IMG/VR virus record: IMGVR_UViG_3300013132_000031
Location: 32,001 to 96,000 of that record
DNA: 64,000 bases
DNA from: a virus
Reading direction: 5' to 3' (one strand)
Both the position numbers and the translations under genes were made by a program. A model generated the notes under the pieces. That model did no database searches, was not told the origin of the DNA, and saw only the letters and a program-made list of their open reading frames with translations. Below, one piece after another: positions 54,767-64,000 of this stretch. The number at the start of each line of letters is the position of its first letter. The first letter of the stretch is position 1.

Positions 54767-56848
54767 TTATGCTAGATCAATATCTGTGCTGTAACTGGTA
54801 AATCCGTTTTCTTTTACTACCCGGAGTATGTTCTCCACACGCCCGGCTAATTCGTCTCTATGGCTCACAAGCCAAATGCTCTTGTGACGCTCACGAGTCA
54901 TCTTCTTCAACAGCGCCAAACTGGCTTCTACACCTTGCGTGTCTAGTCCAGAGTCAATCATCTCATCAATAAACAAGATGTTGATGGGGTGATACAAACT
55001 TTCCCATACATCACGGAATGCCCAACTCATGCTAAGGATCAATCGATTACGCTCACCACGACTCAAGTTGTCAAAGTCAAGTTCTCGACCCAGTTCCTCA
55101 ATGCTCACACTCAAGTCGTTTTGAAACTTCACTGTGTGCGGCAATCCAATGCGATCCAAATAGTGTGTGAGTCGGGCATTCAAGTAACTTAGATTCTGAT
55201 CAATAATTTTTTTACGAACAAAACTATCTTTGCTGGTCAACAGTTTGAGCAAGAACTCTTGATGGTCTTGCACTTTGGTCAGTTCGTTAATTTTATTGTA
55301 GTCAACCACTTGCAAGGCCTGTTGTTGCATGTCCTCAATCTGTTCGCTGTAGGGATCAGTTTCGGCATGCTTGCTGGTGATATGTTGTAGCAAGTTATTG
55401 ACTTGTGTGGAGTGTTTGATGGCCTGTGCTTCTGTGTCGTAGTGTGTGACAGGAGGAGCACCCAATTCCACAGGCACATAACCTGCAAGTTGTTCAGCAT
55501 AAGGATCTGCTTCTGCTGACTTGTCTGCAATCTTTTGCTGTAAATTTTCCACCTCACTGCTGTGGCGAATGGCTTCTGCTTCGGTCTTGTAGTATGTTGT
55601 GGACCGAGCGCCCAGTTCGCCCAATGCTCGAAGTGCATCAGTATTTTCCATCCATTGACCATTGGTGGCCAAGGCTTGTAGTGCAGACTCCTGCAGTGCT
55701 TTACGCTTGGTTTCCAGCACAGTTTCGTGGGCACCGTCATGAAACTCTTGACCACAAGCATAACACTTGTGTGCTTCTAGTTCAGCAATCTCTGCCCGGA
55801 GTTTATCTGAAGTCTTTTGTTCTCGTGCTTCATCTGACACACAACGAGCAATGAGTTTTTCAAGTTCAGCAATGTCCTTGGCCCGTTGATTGTATGCGGC
55901 CAAGTCTTGGTGTGCTTGTAGTTCTGCTGAGATATTAATGTGACTGAGTTTGGTGTAACTGTCTTGCAATGCAGCAACTTCTTTGGCCTGTGTTTGTTGC
56001 CAAGCGGTTTGATATGCCAGCAGTCGATCATGTGCATCTGCTTGTTTTTTACGTTCGTTCCACAAGGCAAGTTCTTTGTGAGCCAACAACTCTACTTCAA
56101 TGTTGACTCGTGTCAAGTCATCGTATTGCCCCACAAGATACGCCAAGTCGCTGTCGTATTTCTTTTGCCACAGCCCCTGTCTACGGCACAGGCTTTCAAT
56201 TTGTTCTTCAATGCGCTTGTTGGCTTCTTGAACAGCCCGCACCCTAAACTCTTCTGAGGTAATAGCGTCCTTGGTGGCCTTGTTGAGTTCTTTGATACGA
56301 TCAGCACGTTCACTCAATACTGTAATACCCAACAACTGCTCAATGATGGTTCGCTGTTCGTTGGCTTTCAAACTTAAGAATGGTTCGGTATATGTGTTCA
56401 GCGCCAAGATGTGCTTGAACATGTCATGACTCATGCCAAACACACGCTCAATGGCATCCTGTGTTTCACGGCTGTCACCCTGTGCATCGTCTGTGGCAGT
56501 TTGTTCTTCACTGTCCACATAGAAACGTAGGACATTGGGTTTGCGTCCACGTTCAATCTTGTATGTTTTACCGTTGACGGCAAAGTCCAAGCTGACCAAC
56601 ATGCCCTTGCCATTGGTTTTGTTTACTAGATTGTCCTTGCGAATGTTGCTGAGTGCTTGTCCATACATGGCATAACTCAGGGCATTGATGATTGTGGTCT
56701 TGCCTGTGCCATTGCGTGATCCGTCACCACCCAGGTCCAAATTCTCACCTAACACCAGCGTAAGGTCTTGACGATCAAAGTCAATGCCTTGCGTGGCCGC
56801 ACCCACACTCATGAAGTTCTTAACAGTGAGATTTTTAATTTGAATCAT
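54767..56848 (-). CDS. gp46: Recombination ATPase (Rad50/SbcC-like)
   Basis: KNFMSVG, NGTGKTT Walker A, CYAC zinc hook, LSRGE signature, LFIDE Walker B, VSH. Confidence 0.95.
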   Translation of the reverse strand: MIQIKNLTVKNFMSVGAATQGIDFDRQDLTLVLGENLDLGGDGSRNGTGKTTIINALSYAMYGQALSNIRKDNLVNKTNGKGMLVSLDFAVNGKTYKIERGRKPNVLRFYVDSEEQTATDDAQGDSRETQDAIERVFGMSHDMFKHILALNTYTEPFLSLKANEQRTIIEQLLGITVLSERADRIKELNKATKDAITSEEFRVRAVQEANKRIEEQIESLCRRQGLWQKKYDSDLAYLVGQYDDLTRVNIEVELLAHKELALWNERKKQADAHDRLLAYQTAWQQTQAKEVAALQDSYTKLSHINISAELQAHQDLAAYNQRAKDIAELEKLIARCVSDEAREQKTSDKLRAEIAELEAHKCYACGQEFHDGAHETVLETKRKALQESALQALATNGQWMENTDALRALGELGARSTTYYKTEAEAIRHSSEVENLQQKIADKSAEADPYAEQLAGYVPVELGAPPVTHYDTEAQAIKHSTQVNNLLQHITSKHAETDPYSEQIEDMQQQALQVVDYNKINELTKVQDHQEFLLKLLTSKDSFVRKKIIDQNLSYLNARLTHYLDRIGLPHTVKFQNDLSVSIEELGRELDFDNLSRGERNRLILSMSWAFRDVWESLYHPINILFIDEMIDSGLDTQGVEASLALLKKMTRERHKSIWLVSHRDELAGRVENILRVVKENGFTSYSTDIDLA

Positions 56849-58341
56849 ATATTGCTATTATACACATAGCCCATGGCTTTTGCAATCTCAGGATGAGAAT
56901 CCGCAAAATTTTGATTTCTTAAAGAATCAAAGTGCTTGCATAGTTTTATAAATTCTTGCCCATCTGAATCAGGACCTGATAAGATATAGTTTAAGATATT
57001 TTTCATTTCGGGCCAAACGCGATGTTGAAATTTTTCTGTGATCAACTTTTTAGCCTCAGCAGTGAGATTTTTAAGATCAAACCCAGCTGGTTCAGTAACA
57101 TACCCCACATTTATTGCAAGTCCTAAATCATTAGCCCATTGTACTATTTCGTCTAGGTATAAAACATTCATTATGCTGATTGCGGGCATAACACTTATTT
57201 TGATATTGGGCAAGTTAAGAGCAATTAACTTTTTGATGTTTGAATCAACTTGCTGCCAACTACCACCTCGTTCAAGTTCAAACCGATCACCGATGTTGTC
57301 GATGCTGAATTGTATGTCCACATGATTGAAATGTTTCCAGTATTCAATCAATGTTTCAGGATACACAGATCCATTGCTGTTATAGTGTAACCGAATTTGT
57401 GAGGCATGTCCTTGTTCTACTGCTTGTTGAATTATGTGCAGCAAAGATTTCAGCAAAAACGGTTCACCGCCGTACATGTCTATGTTAGTTAAATTTGGCA
57501 ATAATTTTACAATTTCATCTACAATTTCGAGATTAGATTCTGGCCAATTAAAACTTTCTATAGAAATAAATTTAGATGCTTTTACTTCTTGTGCAAACAA
57601 GGAACTGCCCAGCGGATTACAAATGCGGCATTTAAAATTGCAAGTATTTCCCGGTTTAATATCTAAACTTTTAATAGTGGGACTATCCAAATCAACTGTC
57701 AGCAGTTCTTTTTGCAACATACGCATGTGATAATATCGGCTGCTGGTCAACCCTTTTTCTTCGCTGGCCCAACAATTGTTGCATCCACTGGGTTTTTTAC
57801 CATCAAGCAATTGTTGACGTAGATCTTGAATACTATGATTGTTAAATGTGTGTTGCAATGAATTTTTTTTGACATGACCAACACTGTGTTGGTACACACA
57901 GCATGGACGAATCTCTCCAGACGGTGAAACTTCTAAGTGTCTCCAAGGCAGCGGACACAGTGTATTTGGGACAAAAAAGTTGTTTTTTATAGGCTCAGTA
58001 GTTTCAATTTCCACTTGCAGTGTTTGAAATGTGTTTGTGTGGTTTAATTTTGCAAAGTGTTTTGTTTGTTGATCAATATCATATGGACTGCAAATTAACA
58101 CAAAATAATTTGATATATCAATCAAATCAGTAGCCTGATACAGATGTTGTAGCAAACTAACTGGTATAATTTTTGAAGTATAAAAAACCAGTCGATCGTT
58201 ATTACTAAATTTTTCCTGATGGCAACGATCAAAATGTTTGTATGCATGAGTTGGAGAAGTAGACAGTTCGGCCAAGTCAACAAAACATTTTACATCATAA
58301 AGATTTTGCAGGCTTTTTTCTAAATGATCTATTGACATCAT
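56845..58341 (-). CDS. Radical SAM protein with N-terminal SPASM/twitch domain
   Basis: CPLPW..G.IRPCC..GCNNCW followed by CNFKCRIC, GGEP, SID. Confidence 0.88.
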   Translation of the reverse strand: MMSIDHLEKSLQNLYDVKCFVDLAELSTSPTHAYKHFDRCHQEKFSNNDRLVFYTSKIIPVSLLQHLYQATDLIDISNYFVLICSPYDIDQQTKHFAKLNHTNTFQTLQVEIETTEPIKNNFFVPNTLCPLPWRHLEVSPSGEIRPCCVYQHSVGHVKKNSLQHTFNNHSIQDLRQQLLDGKKPSGCNNCWASEEKGLTSSRYYHMRMLQKELLTVDLDSPTIKSLDIKPGNTCNFKCRICNPLGSSLFAQEVKASKFISIESFNWPESNLEIVDEIVKLLPNLTNIDMYGGEPFLLKSLLHIIQQAVEQGHASQIRLHYNSNGSVYPETLIEYWKHFNHVDIQFSIDNIGDRFELERGGSWQQVDSNIKKLIALNLPNIKISVMPAISIMNVLYLDEIVQWANDLGLAINVGYVTEPAGFDLKNLTAEAKKLITEKFQHRVWPEMKNILNYILSGPDSDGQEFIKLCKHFDSLRNQNFADSHPEIAKAMGYVYNSNI

Positions 58342-59351
58342 AAGTTTTGATATATTTGTAGCAACAATTTGTTATCGTAAAATTCTGATTCGATGTTGGT
58401 GAGTTGGTCTGTGACAATTTGATCCACTGACTCAAACTTGACATCACCGGGTGCAAGGTCCACATCCACACCGGCAGTCTTGTTTGGTATCAAAGCCATT
58501 TCACGCAGACTGTAATCTCGAATAAAAGTTTCTTTGATGAAGTTGGCTTCTTCGTATGAGATTTCAATGTCCAAGTTTACACGAACGTGCATCCGGGGCG
58601 CAAGCAAAGTGGCAGCATTGTCAATTAGATTGGCAAGCCCATACACACGATATCGGGGCTGGTCTGGCCAGGCATGGAACTCAGGTTCTTTGCCCCATTC
58701 CAAGATCATCATGCCGCGCTCGTCGTCTCCAGCATCAGCATAGTTATGCGGAAAGCAGTTGCCGATGTAGGTAATGTTGTTGGCAGTTTGACGTTTGTGA
58801 AAGTGTCCGGTAAACACATGCTCAAAGCCGCCAAAATCGCCACGCTGTATGATGCCATGATCTGGCATTTGAACCATGGCATTCATGTAGTAGCCAGGCA
58901 GCTCAAAGTGCCCAAACATGTAACGTCCTGTCAGTCGGGGAATACGCTTGTGATCATCTCCGCAAAGCCAAGGAGCAATAACAACATCACCACTGCTGAA
59001 CCAATCATTGCAAATCGTGACATTGGGGAGGTGTCGGGCCCATTCCACCGATTGAATATCTCTTTTATCCCGATAATAAAGGTCATGGTTGCCAGGAATA
59101 AAATAAACGTGCTTAAAATTTTCATTCATGTGCTCCAAGGCTCGAAGACTATAGTTCAGTGTGATAATGTTTAGGCTGGCACGATTGTTGTGCCAATCGC
59201 CCAGGAACAAGCAGGTTTCGCAACCTTGTTCTCGAGCTCGGGCAGTGGCCCACTGTACAAATTCCAAACAGTCTTCGTTGTGTGTTTGGCTGTTTGATTT
59301 CAATCCAAAGTGTATGTCTGTAAAGACTGCGGCTTTTTTAAATAGATTCAT
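58338..59351 (-). CDS. gp47: Recombination nuclease (Mre11/SbcD-like)
   Basis: DIHFG, LGDW, GNHD, GHFE, GHFH metallophosphoesterase motifs. Confidence 0.95.
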   Translation of the reverse strand: MNLFKKAAVFTDIHFGLKSNSQTHNEDCLEFVQWATARAREQGCETCLFLGDWHNNRASLNIITLNYSLRALEHMNENFKHVYFIPGNHDLYYRDKRDIQSVEWARHLPNVTICNDWFSSGDVVIAPWLCGDDHKRIPRLTGRYMFGHFELPGYYMNAMVQMPDHGIIQRGDFGGFEHVFTGHFHKRQTANNITYIGNCFPHNYADAGDDERGMMILEWGKEPEFHAWPDQPRYRVYGLANLIDNAATLLAPRMHVRVNLDIEISYEEANFIKETFIRDYSLREMALIPNKTAGVDVDLAPGDVKFESVDQIVTDQLTNIESEFYDNKLLLQIYQNL

Positions 59352-60238
59352 ATGGCGTAGAGTAGTTCTCGCAAGTGTACACTATTTGTTGGGAACTTGT
59401 CAAGTTCATGACATTGAATTTCCCATCCAATATTTCTCAACTGCCACTGCACATAGGATTCACTGGCCAAGGGCAGTGTTTGATCGCTCCAGTCAAAAGT
59501 TTTGTTGTGTTGCACCGAATCAACAATGGCTGCACACAGTTGGTCTTGAGCAAGATTGGTTTGCAGCAGTAAATTTTTTCTATGATAAGGCACAATGTCT
59601 GTGATTGGTCGCACAAAGTCAAGATTGAGATTGTGTTGTAATTGGGTCATGACCGATTCAAAATTGTACAGCAAGTCATGAATCAACACGGTGTGCGCTC
59701 GCTTGTGATGCCACTGATCCAAATGATACCATTCCAACTGTGCGTACCATGCTGGCATGAGATAATGGCTGAGAAATTCTCTGCGAATCCACTGGGGAAT
59801 TTCACCTATGGCAACACCGGTCACAGCCCAATTTGAATAAATTAGAGACTGATCAATGTCAAGAGCAAACTGCGTGGTCCACCAGTCGTCCCAGGCCTTG
59901 ACAAGGTAGTTGTTGATCACCAGTAACTGACTGTGATGATCAGGATAAAGATAGATCATGCCAGGCACTGATTCAAGAATTTGATTTAAATTTTCACTCA
60001 ATGATTCTGTAGACCGGGTCTTGGGGTGCAGCCTCACAAACTGCTGACAGTCACCGCTGTGTTGATACTGTAGCCAACCAGGTAGGCCTGAAACAAAATT
60101 ACCAACAAATTGATGACTATTACCGTTGGGGTTGAATGGTTCCTGAATGGGACCATGCGAACACAGAGTGGTCAAACACCATTCAACATAGGTGCCATAG
60201 GCACCGGCATTGTAGGCTATGGCAATGGTGTTGATCAT
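59348..60238 (-). CDS. Hypothetical sulfotransferase-like protein
   Basis: GAYGTYVEW, GNSH, REFLS, FPTNSVHLRELL; paralogue of 52771..53808. Confidence 0.45.
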   Translation of the reverse strand: MINTIAIAYNAGAYGTYVEWCLTTLCSHGPIQEPFNPNGNSHQFVGNFVSGLPGWLQYQHSGDCQQFVRLHPKTRSTESLSENLNQILESVPGMIYLYPDHHSQLLVINNYLVKAWDDWWTTQFALDIDQSLIYSNWAVTGVAIGEIPQWIRREFLSHYLMPAWYAQLEWYHLDQWHHKRAHTVLIHDLLYNFESVMTQLQHNLNLDFVRPITDIVPYHRKNLLLQTNLAQDQLCAAIVDSVQHNKTFDWSDQTLPLASESYVQWQLRNIGWEIQCHELDKFPTNSVHLRELLYAI

Positions 60239-61131
60239 TCTTCATAGGTGGTGATCACTGGACCACTCATGGCCGCCATGCTGGCTTTGCCTGAATTTTG
60301 TCTTGTCCAGGACGGATTCAACCCGTTGATTTCAAGAATGTCATCACGGATGTTTTGATTTTTCTTTTCAATGTTCAAGATGCGAGTAAAGCTATTGGTA
60401 ATAGCGGCAGTATAATACGCAAAAGGGTTCTGCGATTTTGACTCGTCAAATTGCAAGCCAATTTGGCTGAGTTGTAACAGGGCTTGTCCGCGCATTTCTT
60501 CATTGTAGGTATATCCTCTCCAGTTGGATCTTGTGGCATAGCGTTCACACAGTTTCATGAACATCATGGCCAACTTGCGTGTCATCATGCCATGATCTTT
60601 GGAAAATTCGCCGGTGTCTAGGTCACCTCGCCAGTGGCTTTTGCCCACCAGCACAGGGTTTTTTTCATTGTCCACACGATAGTGATAGAACGGGGGGAAG
60701 TTCACACGCATGTGTGTGGGATCTAGTACAATGTCATCTATCAAGTCTGCTAGTGGATCTTCCACTACATCATCCAGGTCCAAAATGTCTTCGATTTTTT
60801 TCTTTTTGGCAGTAGTTTTAGGCATTTTTTTGGGCGCACGGGGTATGTGTTCCCAAGTCATGACGCGGAAAACCACCTCTGTATTTGGTATTTTTCGGGG
60901 ATCAATCACTTCACCAGTTTCACGTCGGTGCCGGTCAGCACGATTGCGGCGTGCTTCTGCAATGGTCTTTTGATTGATTTTGCTTACTGAAGGCAGGATC
61001 ATGTCAAACTGATGATCAGTTGTTCGATCCCGAAATGAGCAGTAGGTATTTTTGCTTAGGTGTATTTCTTTAAGAATATCTCTGTTGTTGAGATAGTTAA
61101 CACGCGGCGCAGCCTTTGCGATTAGGGTCAT
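60235..61131 (-). CDS. gp55: Late-transcription sigma factor
   Basis: NYLNN, RSNWRGYTYNEEM, FDESKSQNPFAYYT..NSF..EKK. Confidence 0.9.
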   Translation of the reverse strand: MTLIAKAAPRVNYLNNRDILKEIHLSKNTYCSFRDRTTDHQFDMILPSVSKINQKTIAEARRNRADRHRRETGEVIDPRKIPNTEVVFRVMTWEHIPRAPKKMPKTTAKKKKIEDILDLDDVVEDPLADLIDDIVLDPTHMRVNFPPFYHYRVDNEKNPVLVGKSHWRGDLDTGEFSKDHGMMTRKLAMMFMKLCERYATRSNWRGYTYNEEMRGQALLQLSQIGLQFDESKSQNPFAYYTAAITNSFTRILNIEKKNQNIRDDILEINGLNPSWTRQNSGKASMAAMSGPVITTYEE

Positions 61132-61150
61132 TGATAAGTCTCCAAGTATG

Positions 61151-61183
61151 TACTTATTGTAGCATATCTACAACACTTGTCAA
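61151..61183 (-). promoter_or_regulatory. Sigma70 promoter TTGACA-N16-(TG)TACAAT for gp55, overlapped by late-type TAAGTA
   Basis: Read directly from the sequence. Confidence 0.65.
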
Positions 61184-61240
61184 CCTCTTGTTAAACTACA
61201 TGGTTTTTGATTTGAGTAAATAACACATAGGAATACAAAA

Positions 61241-63202
61241 ATGGCCGGTTACGATCCAAAAAAAGCAGCGACATACAACAAACTTCGTCAGCAAGGACTG
61301 AGTGATGAGGCTGCCTTTCAACAATCAGGAATATCCAATTCTGAATCAGACAACTATGTGGTCAATGATGTACCTGGCGATCCGGGCCGTGGAAAAATAG
61401 GTCCTGCAATAATAGGCACAGGCACAATCAGCCAGGCTCCTACTGCTGCTGAACAACGAGAGTCAGCCGAGTTTTATAAAGGACTTGAATCTAACAACTT
61501 TGAAAGAGTTGACTATCCAGTAAAAGCTGACAGTCAGCCCAGCACTAGCACCCCAACAAATTATGTTACCACCAGTACCGAGTCAATCAGTGGCGGTGGT
61601 TCAACCACTACTATATCAGGTGTGGCAAAAGCCAATGCTGCCAGTCGTGCATTGCAACCCAGCATTGATGCCAAGCAGGCTGAAATTGATCAGTTTGTAA
61701 AAGAGAACCCCAGCAACTTTGCCAGAAGCAAACAAGGTTTGCCGCCACTGTCACCAGAAGACACTGCGGCCCGGCAAGCAAAATTCCGAGAGTTGTCTCA
61801 AGAAAAGTCTGCATTAAAGGCCGAACAGTTTGATGCCCAAACTCCCGGCAATCCCACAACAACAGTTGTGCCAAACACAACTACCACTATCAACACTACC
61901 ACATTTGGCACAGCATCGACCAACTCAGCTGTGGAAGCACCCGACAGTGCTGATCCAGCCATAGCTCAACAACAAGAAGATCAAGTTGCTGGACTGCGTG
62001 AGAATCAAATTAACAGTGCGCCGACGGCAGTTCCAGCTGAATCGGTGCCTAGCTTACTGACGCGAGAAGAATCCATTGCCCAGGCACAAGTCACGCCCAC
62101 TGACGCAGATCCTGCTGCGGCTGCGGCTGACTTCAATGCCAACACCAATGCCAGTGTGCTGGATGCCATTGGTGTACAAGAACCAGAGGCGGTGTCAGCT
62201 GCAACTCCAGGAACAGCAGGCGCTGAAAGTGCCGACAATCAAGGCGCTGTGGCAACAAAAGCACCGGCAGCAGTAGATGTCACTGAAGGGGGAGTCATAC
62301 CCATTTCTAGAGTGAACGAAACACCAGCACAACGAGCAGAACGAGAAGCTATCGAAGCTGCGGCTGCTGAACAAGCAGCCAAGCAACGAGCACAAGAACA
62401 AGCAGCCATACAAGCTGAATTTCAAACTCCGGCCAATGGTGACTGGCGTGTGCGTTTGCGCCTGGCTCCAGGTGCCACTTATTTGTACAAAGACGCTGAC
62501 AACAAATTGTTGGCTCCGCTGGCTGCCAGTGACGGAGTGGTATTTCCTTACATGCCTTCCATTGGTACCACTTACACAGCCAACTACGATCAGACTGATC
62601 TGGTACACAGCAACTACAAAGGTTATTTTTATCGCAACAGTGCAGTGGACGCAGTCAGCATCACTGGCAAATTCACAGCACAGGACACTTTTGAAGCCAA
62701 CTACTTGTTGGCAGTGATACACTTTTTTAGATCAGTGACCAAGATGTTTTATGGCCAAGACTGGCAACGAGGTGCTCCTCCGCCATTGGTATTCCTGTCA
62801 GGTCTGGGCGAGTATCAGTTCAACAATCATCCCTGCGTGGTCAACAGTTTCAACTACAGCTTGCCTGCTGATGTGGACTATATTAGAACCAAGCCCAACA
62901 ACTATAATGTGGATTTGAGTTCTCGCGAACCCAAACCCATCAGTGGCCCATTCAGTGAGATTCTTGGCGTGGTCAATAGATTGAAAAATGCTGCCTTGCC
63001 CAAAGGAGCTGAGCGTCCGCCGCCTGAACAGGGTCTGGTCACTGCTCAGAGTGTGAACAACACTCAAAACAGTACCTATGTGCCCACCAGCATAGACATC
63101 ACCATCACACTGCTGCCAATACAAACTCGAAAACAAATCAGCCAAGGGTTTAGTGTACAAGAATTCAGCAAAGGCACACTGTTGAGAAAAGGATTCTGGT
63201 AA
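61241..63202 (+). CDS. Baseplate tail-tube-cap-like protein with long low-complexity N-terminal extension
   Basis: C-terminal GVVFPYMP..HSNY..FTAQ..HFFRSVTKM..GAPPP..VNSFNYSLP.DVDY..VPT; TAAATA at 61217-61222; precedes gp53. Confidence 0.65.
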   Translation: MAGYDPKKAATYNKLRQQGLSDEAAFQQSGISNSESDNYVVNDVPGDPGRGKIGPAIIGTGTISQAPTAAEQRESAEFYKGLESNNFERVDYPVKADSQPSTSTPTNYVTTSTESISGGGSTTTISGVAKANAASRALQPSIDAKQAEIDQFVKENPSNFARSKQGLPPLSPEDTAARQAKFRELSQEKSALKAEQFDAQTPGNPTTTVVPNTTTTINTTTFGTASTNSAVEAPDSADPAIAQQQEDQVAGLRENQINSAPTAVPAESVPSLLTREESIAQAQVTPTDADPAAAAADFNANTNASVLDAIGVQEPEAVSAATPGTAGAESADNQGAVATKAPAAVDVTEGGVIPISRVNETPAQRAEREAIEAAAAEQAAKQRAQEQAAIQAEFQTPANGDWRVRLRLAPGATYLYKDADNKLLAPLAASDGVVFPYMPSIGTTYTANYDQTDLVHSNYKGYFYRNSAVDAVSITGKFTAQDTFEANYLLAVIHFFRSVTKMFYGQDWQRGAPPPLVFLSGLGEYQFNNHPCVVNSFNYSLPADVDYIRTKPNNYNVDLSSREPKPISGPFSEILGVVNRLKNAALPKGAERPPPEQGLVTAQSVNNTQNSTYVPTSIDITITLLPIQTRKQISQGFSVQEFSKGTLLRKGFW

Positions 63203-63501
63203 TGGCCAATTATGATCCCACTAGCCCCTACTACTTGACTGGAGTGAGTCAGTTTTTTCTTGACGTCATGGTCAACAGACCCATACCCAAAGAAACTGAT
63301 GACTTGCCGTTTGAAATAAACTTGACCTATCAATACAGACCAGACCTGCTGGCCAATGACCTTTATGGCAACGGCGCCTTGTGGTGGGTGTTTTATCAAC
63401 GCAATCCCAACACACTCACAAAACCTCCACTGGATTTTGTGCAAGGAACTTTGATCTACTTGCCCAAGATCAATACCTTGAAATCAGCCCTGGGATTCTA
63501 A
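63202..63501 (+). CDS. gp53: Baseplate wedge protein (gp53/LysM-like)
   Basis: YRPDLLANDLYG..LWWVF..N..DF..G..IYLP. Confidence 0.8.
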   Translation: MANYDPTSPYYLTGVSQFFLDVMVNRPIPKETDDLPFEINLTYQYRPDLLANDLYGNGALWWVFYQRNPNTLTKPPLDFVQGTLIYLPKINTLKSALGF

Positions 63502-63504
63502 CAA

Positions 63505-64000
63505 ATGGCAGTTCCACAACCGCAAAATCAGGCACAACAACAAAGTGGGCTCAATGCATCACCCAGCAAGTCCAAGATTTCTTCAGGCAATGCTGTGCCC
63601 GACGACAACACTCCGCCATCAGCTACCACAACACAAACAGTCGCCAATCAAGCCAATGCTGGCACTGCTGATCCTTCCAATGGTTTTGTAAAACCACAGC
63701 CCAATGTGTTGGATTCATTTGCCAGCACCACTTGGTCGGCCAGTGTGTATTTGTTGGCACCGTACCTCTACAAAGAACTGGTCACTGGCCTCCAATCAGG
63801 CATTCCAGGATCATACCTGTTGTTTCAAACTGCTGGTGCAGGTGCCCAAGCTGGTACCATAGGCAACCGGGGCGTAAACAACACCACAAATACTGTATCA
63901 ATCAGCGGCGTTGGTGGTGCTGCTAGAAATGCATATTTCACAGAAGACTTTTACATTGACTCACTCACACTGGAAACTGCCATGCCAGGTGGTGGCACAG
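63505..64000 (+). CDS. Putative baseplate hub protein, truncated by window end
   Basis: Manual translation is open to the end (MAVPQPQ..PNVLDSFAS..EDFYIDSL); follows gp53. Confidence 0.55.
   Translation, partial: MAVPQPQNQAQQQSGLNASPSKSKISSGNAVPDDNTPPSATTTQTVANQANAGTADPSNGFVKPQPNVLDSFASTTWSASVYLLAPYLYKELVTGLQSGIPGSYLLFQTAGAGAQAGTIGNRGVNNTTNTVSISGVGGAARNAYFTEDFYIDSLTLETAMPGGGT

Noticed and set aside
1-64000. Stop-codon reassignment or tRNA genes
   Set aside because: Core genes are full length in the standard code with dense packing, and no cloverleaf or T-loop signature was seen in the few intergenic gaps.

Overview
The window is a 64 kb segment of a large, distantly T4-like myophage genome in the standard genetic code. 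It carries most of the virion morphogenesis module: portal gp20, prohead core, protease gp21, scaffold gp22, major capsid gp23, head completion gp4, neck gp13/14/15-like, sheath gp18, tube gp19, tape measure with a lysozyme domain, gp26/gp51, gp48-like/gp53 baseplate, and a ~15 kb cluster of Gly/Asn/Thr-repeat fibre proteins. It also carries gp46/gp47, late sigma gp55, dNMP kinase, a DEDD exonuclease, NUDIX, HNH and two GIY-YIG nucleases. Accessory enzymes are interleaved among these core genes: two radical SAMs, three GT10-like paralogues, a TPR-glycosyltransferase and two sulfotransferase-like paralogues. Top second-look items are (1) a ~450 nt highly structured minus-strand RNA, probably ROOL-like, overlapping the end of a GIY-YIG gene; (2) a tightly coupled four-gene cassette of DUF1415-like, stand-alone ATE/Bpt-type aminoacyl-transferase domain, amidinotransferase and DUF6614-like genes; (3) a likely -1 frameshift fusing gp26 to gp51; (4) recurrent TAAATA late promoters giving leaderless mRNAs or sitting in loops of RBS-sequestering hairpins; (5) a kissing-loop 5' leader; (6) an ATT start codon; (7) a protease-site-punctuated internal polyprotein. 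All family assignments come from motif recognition by eye; no database searches were run.
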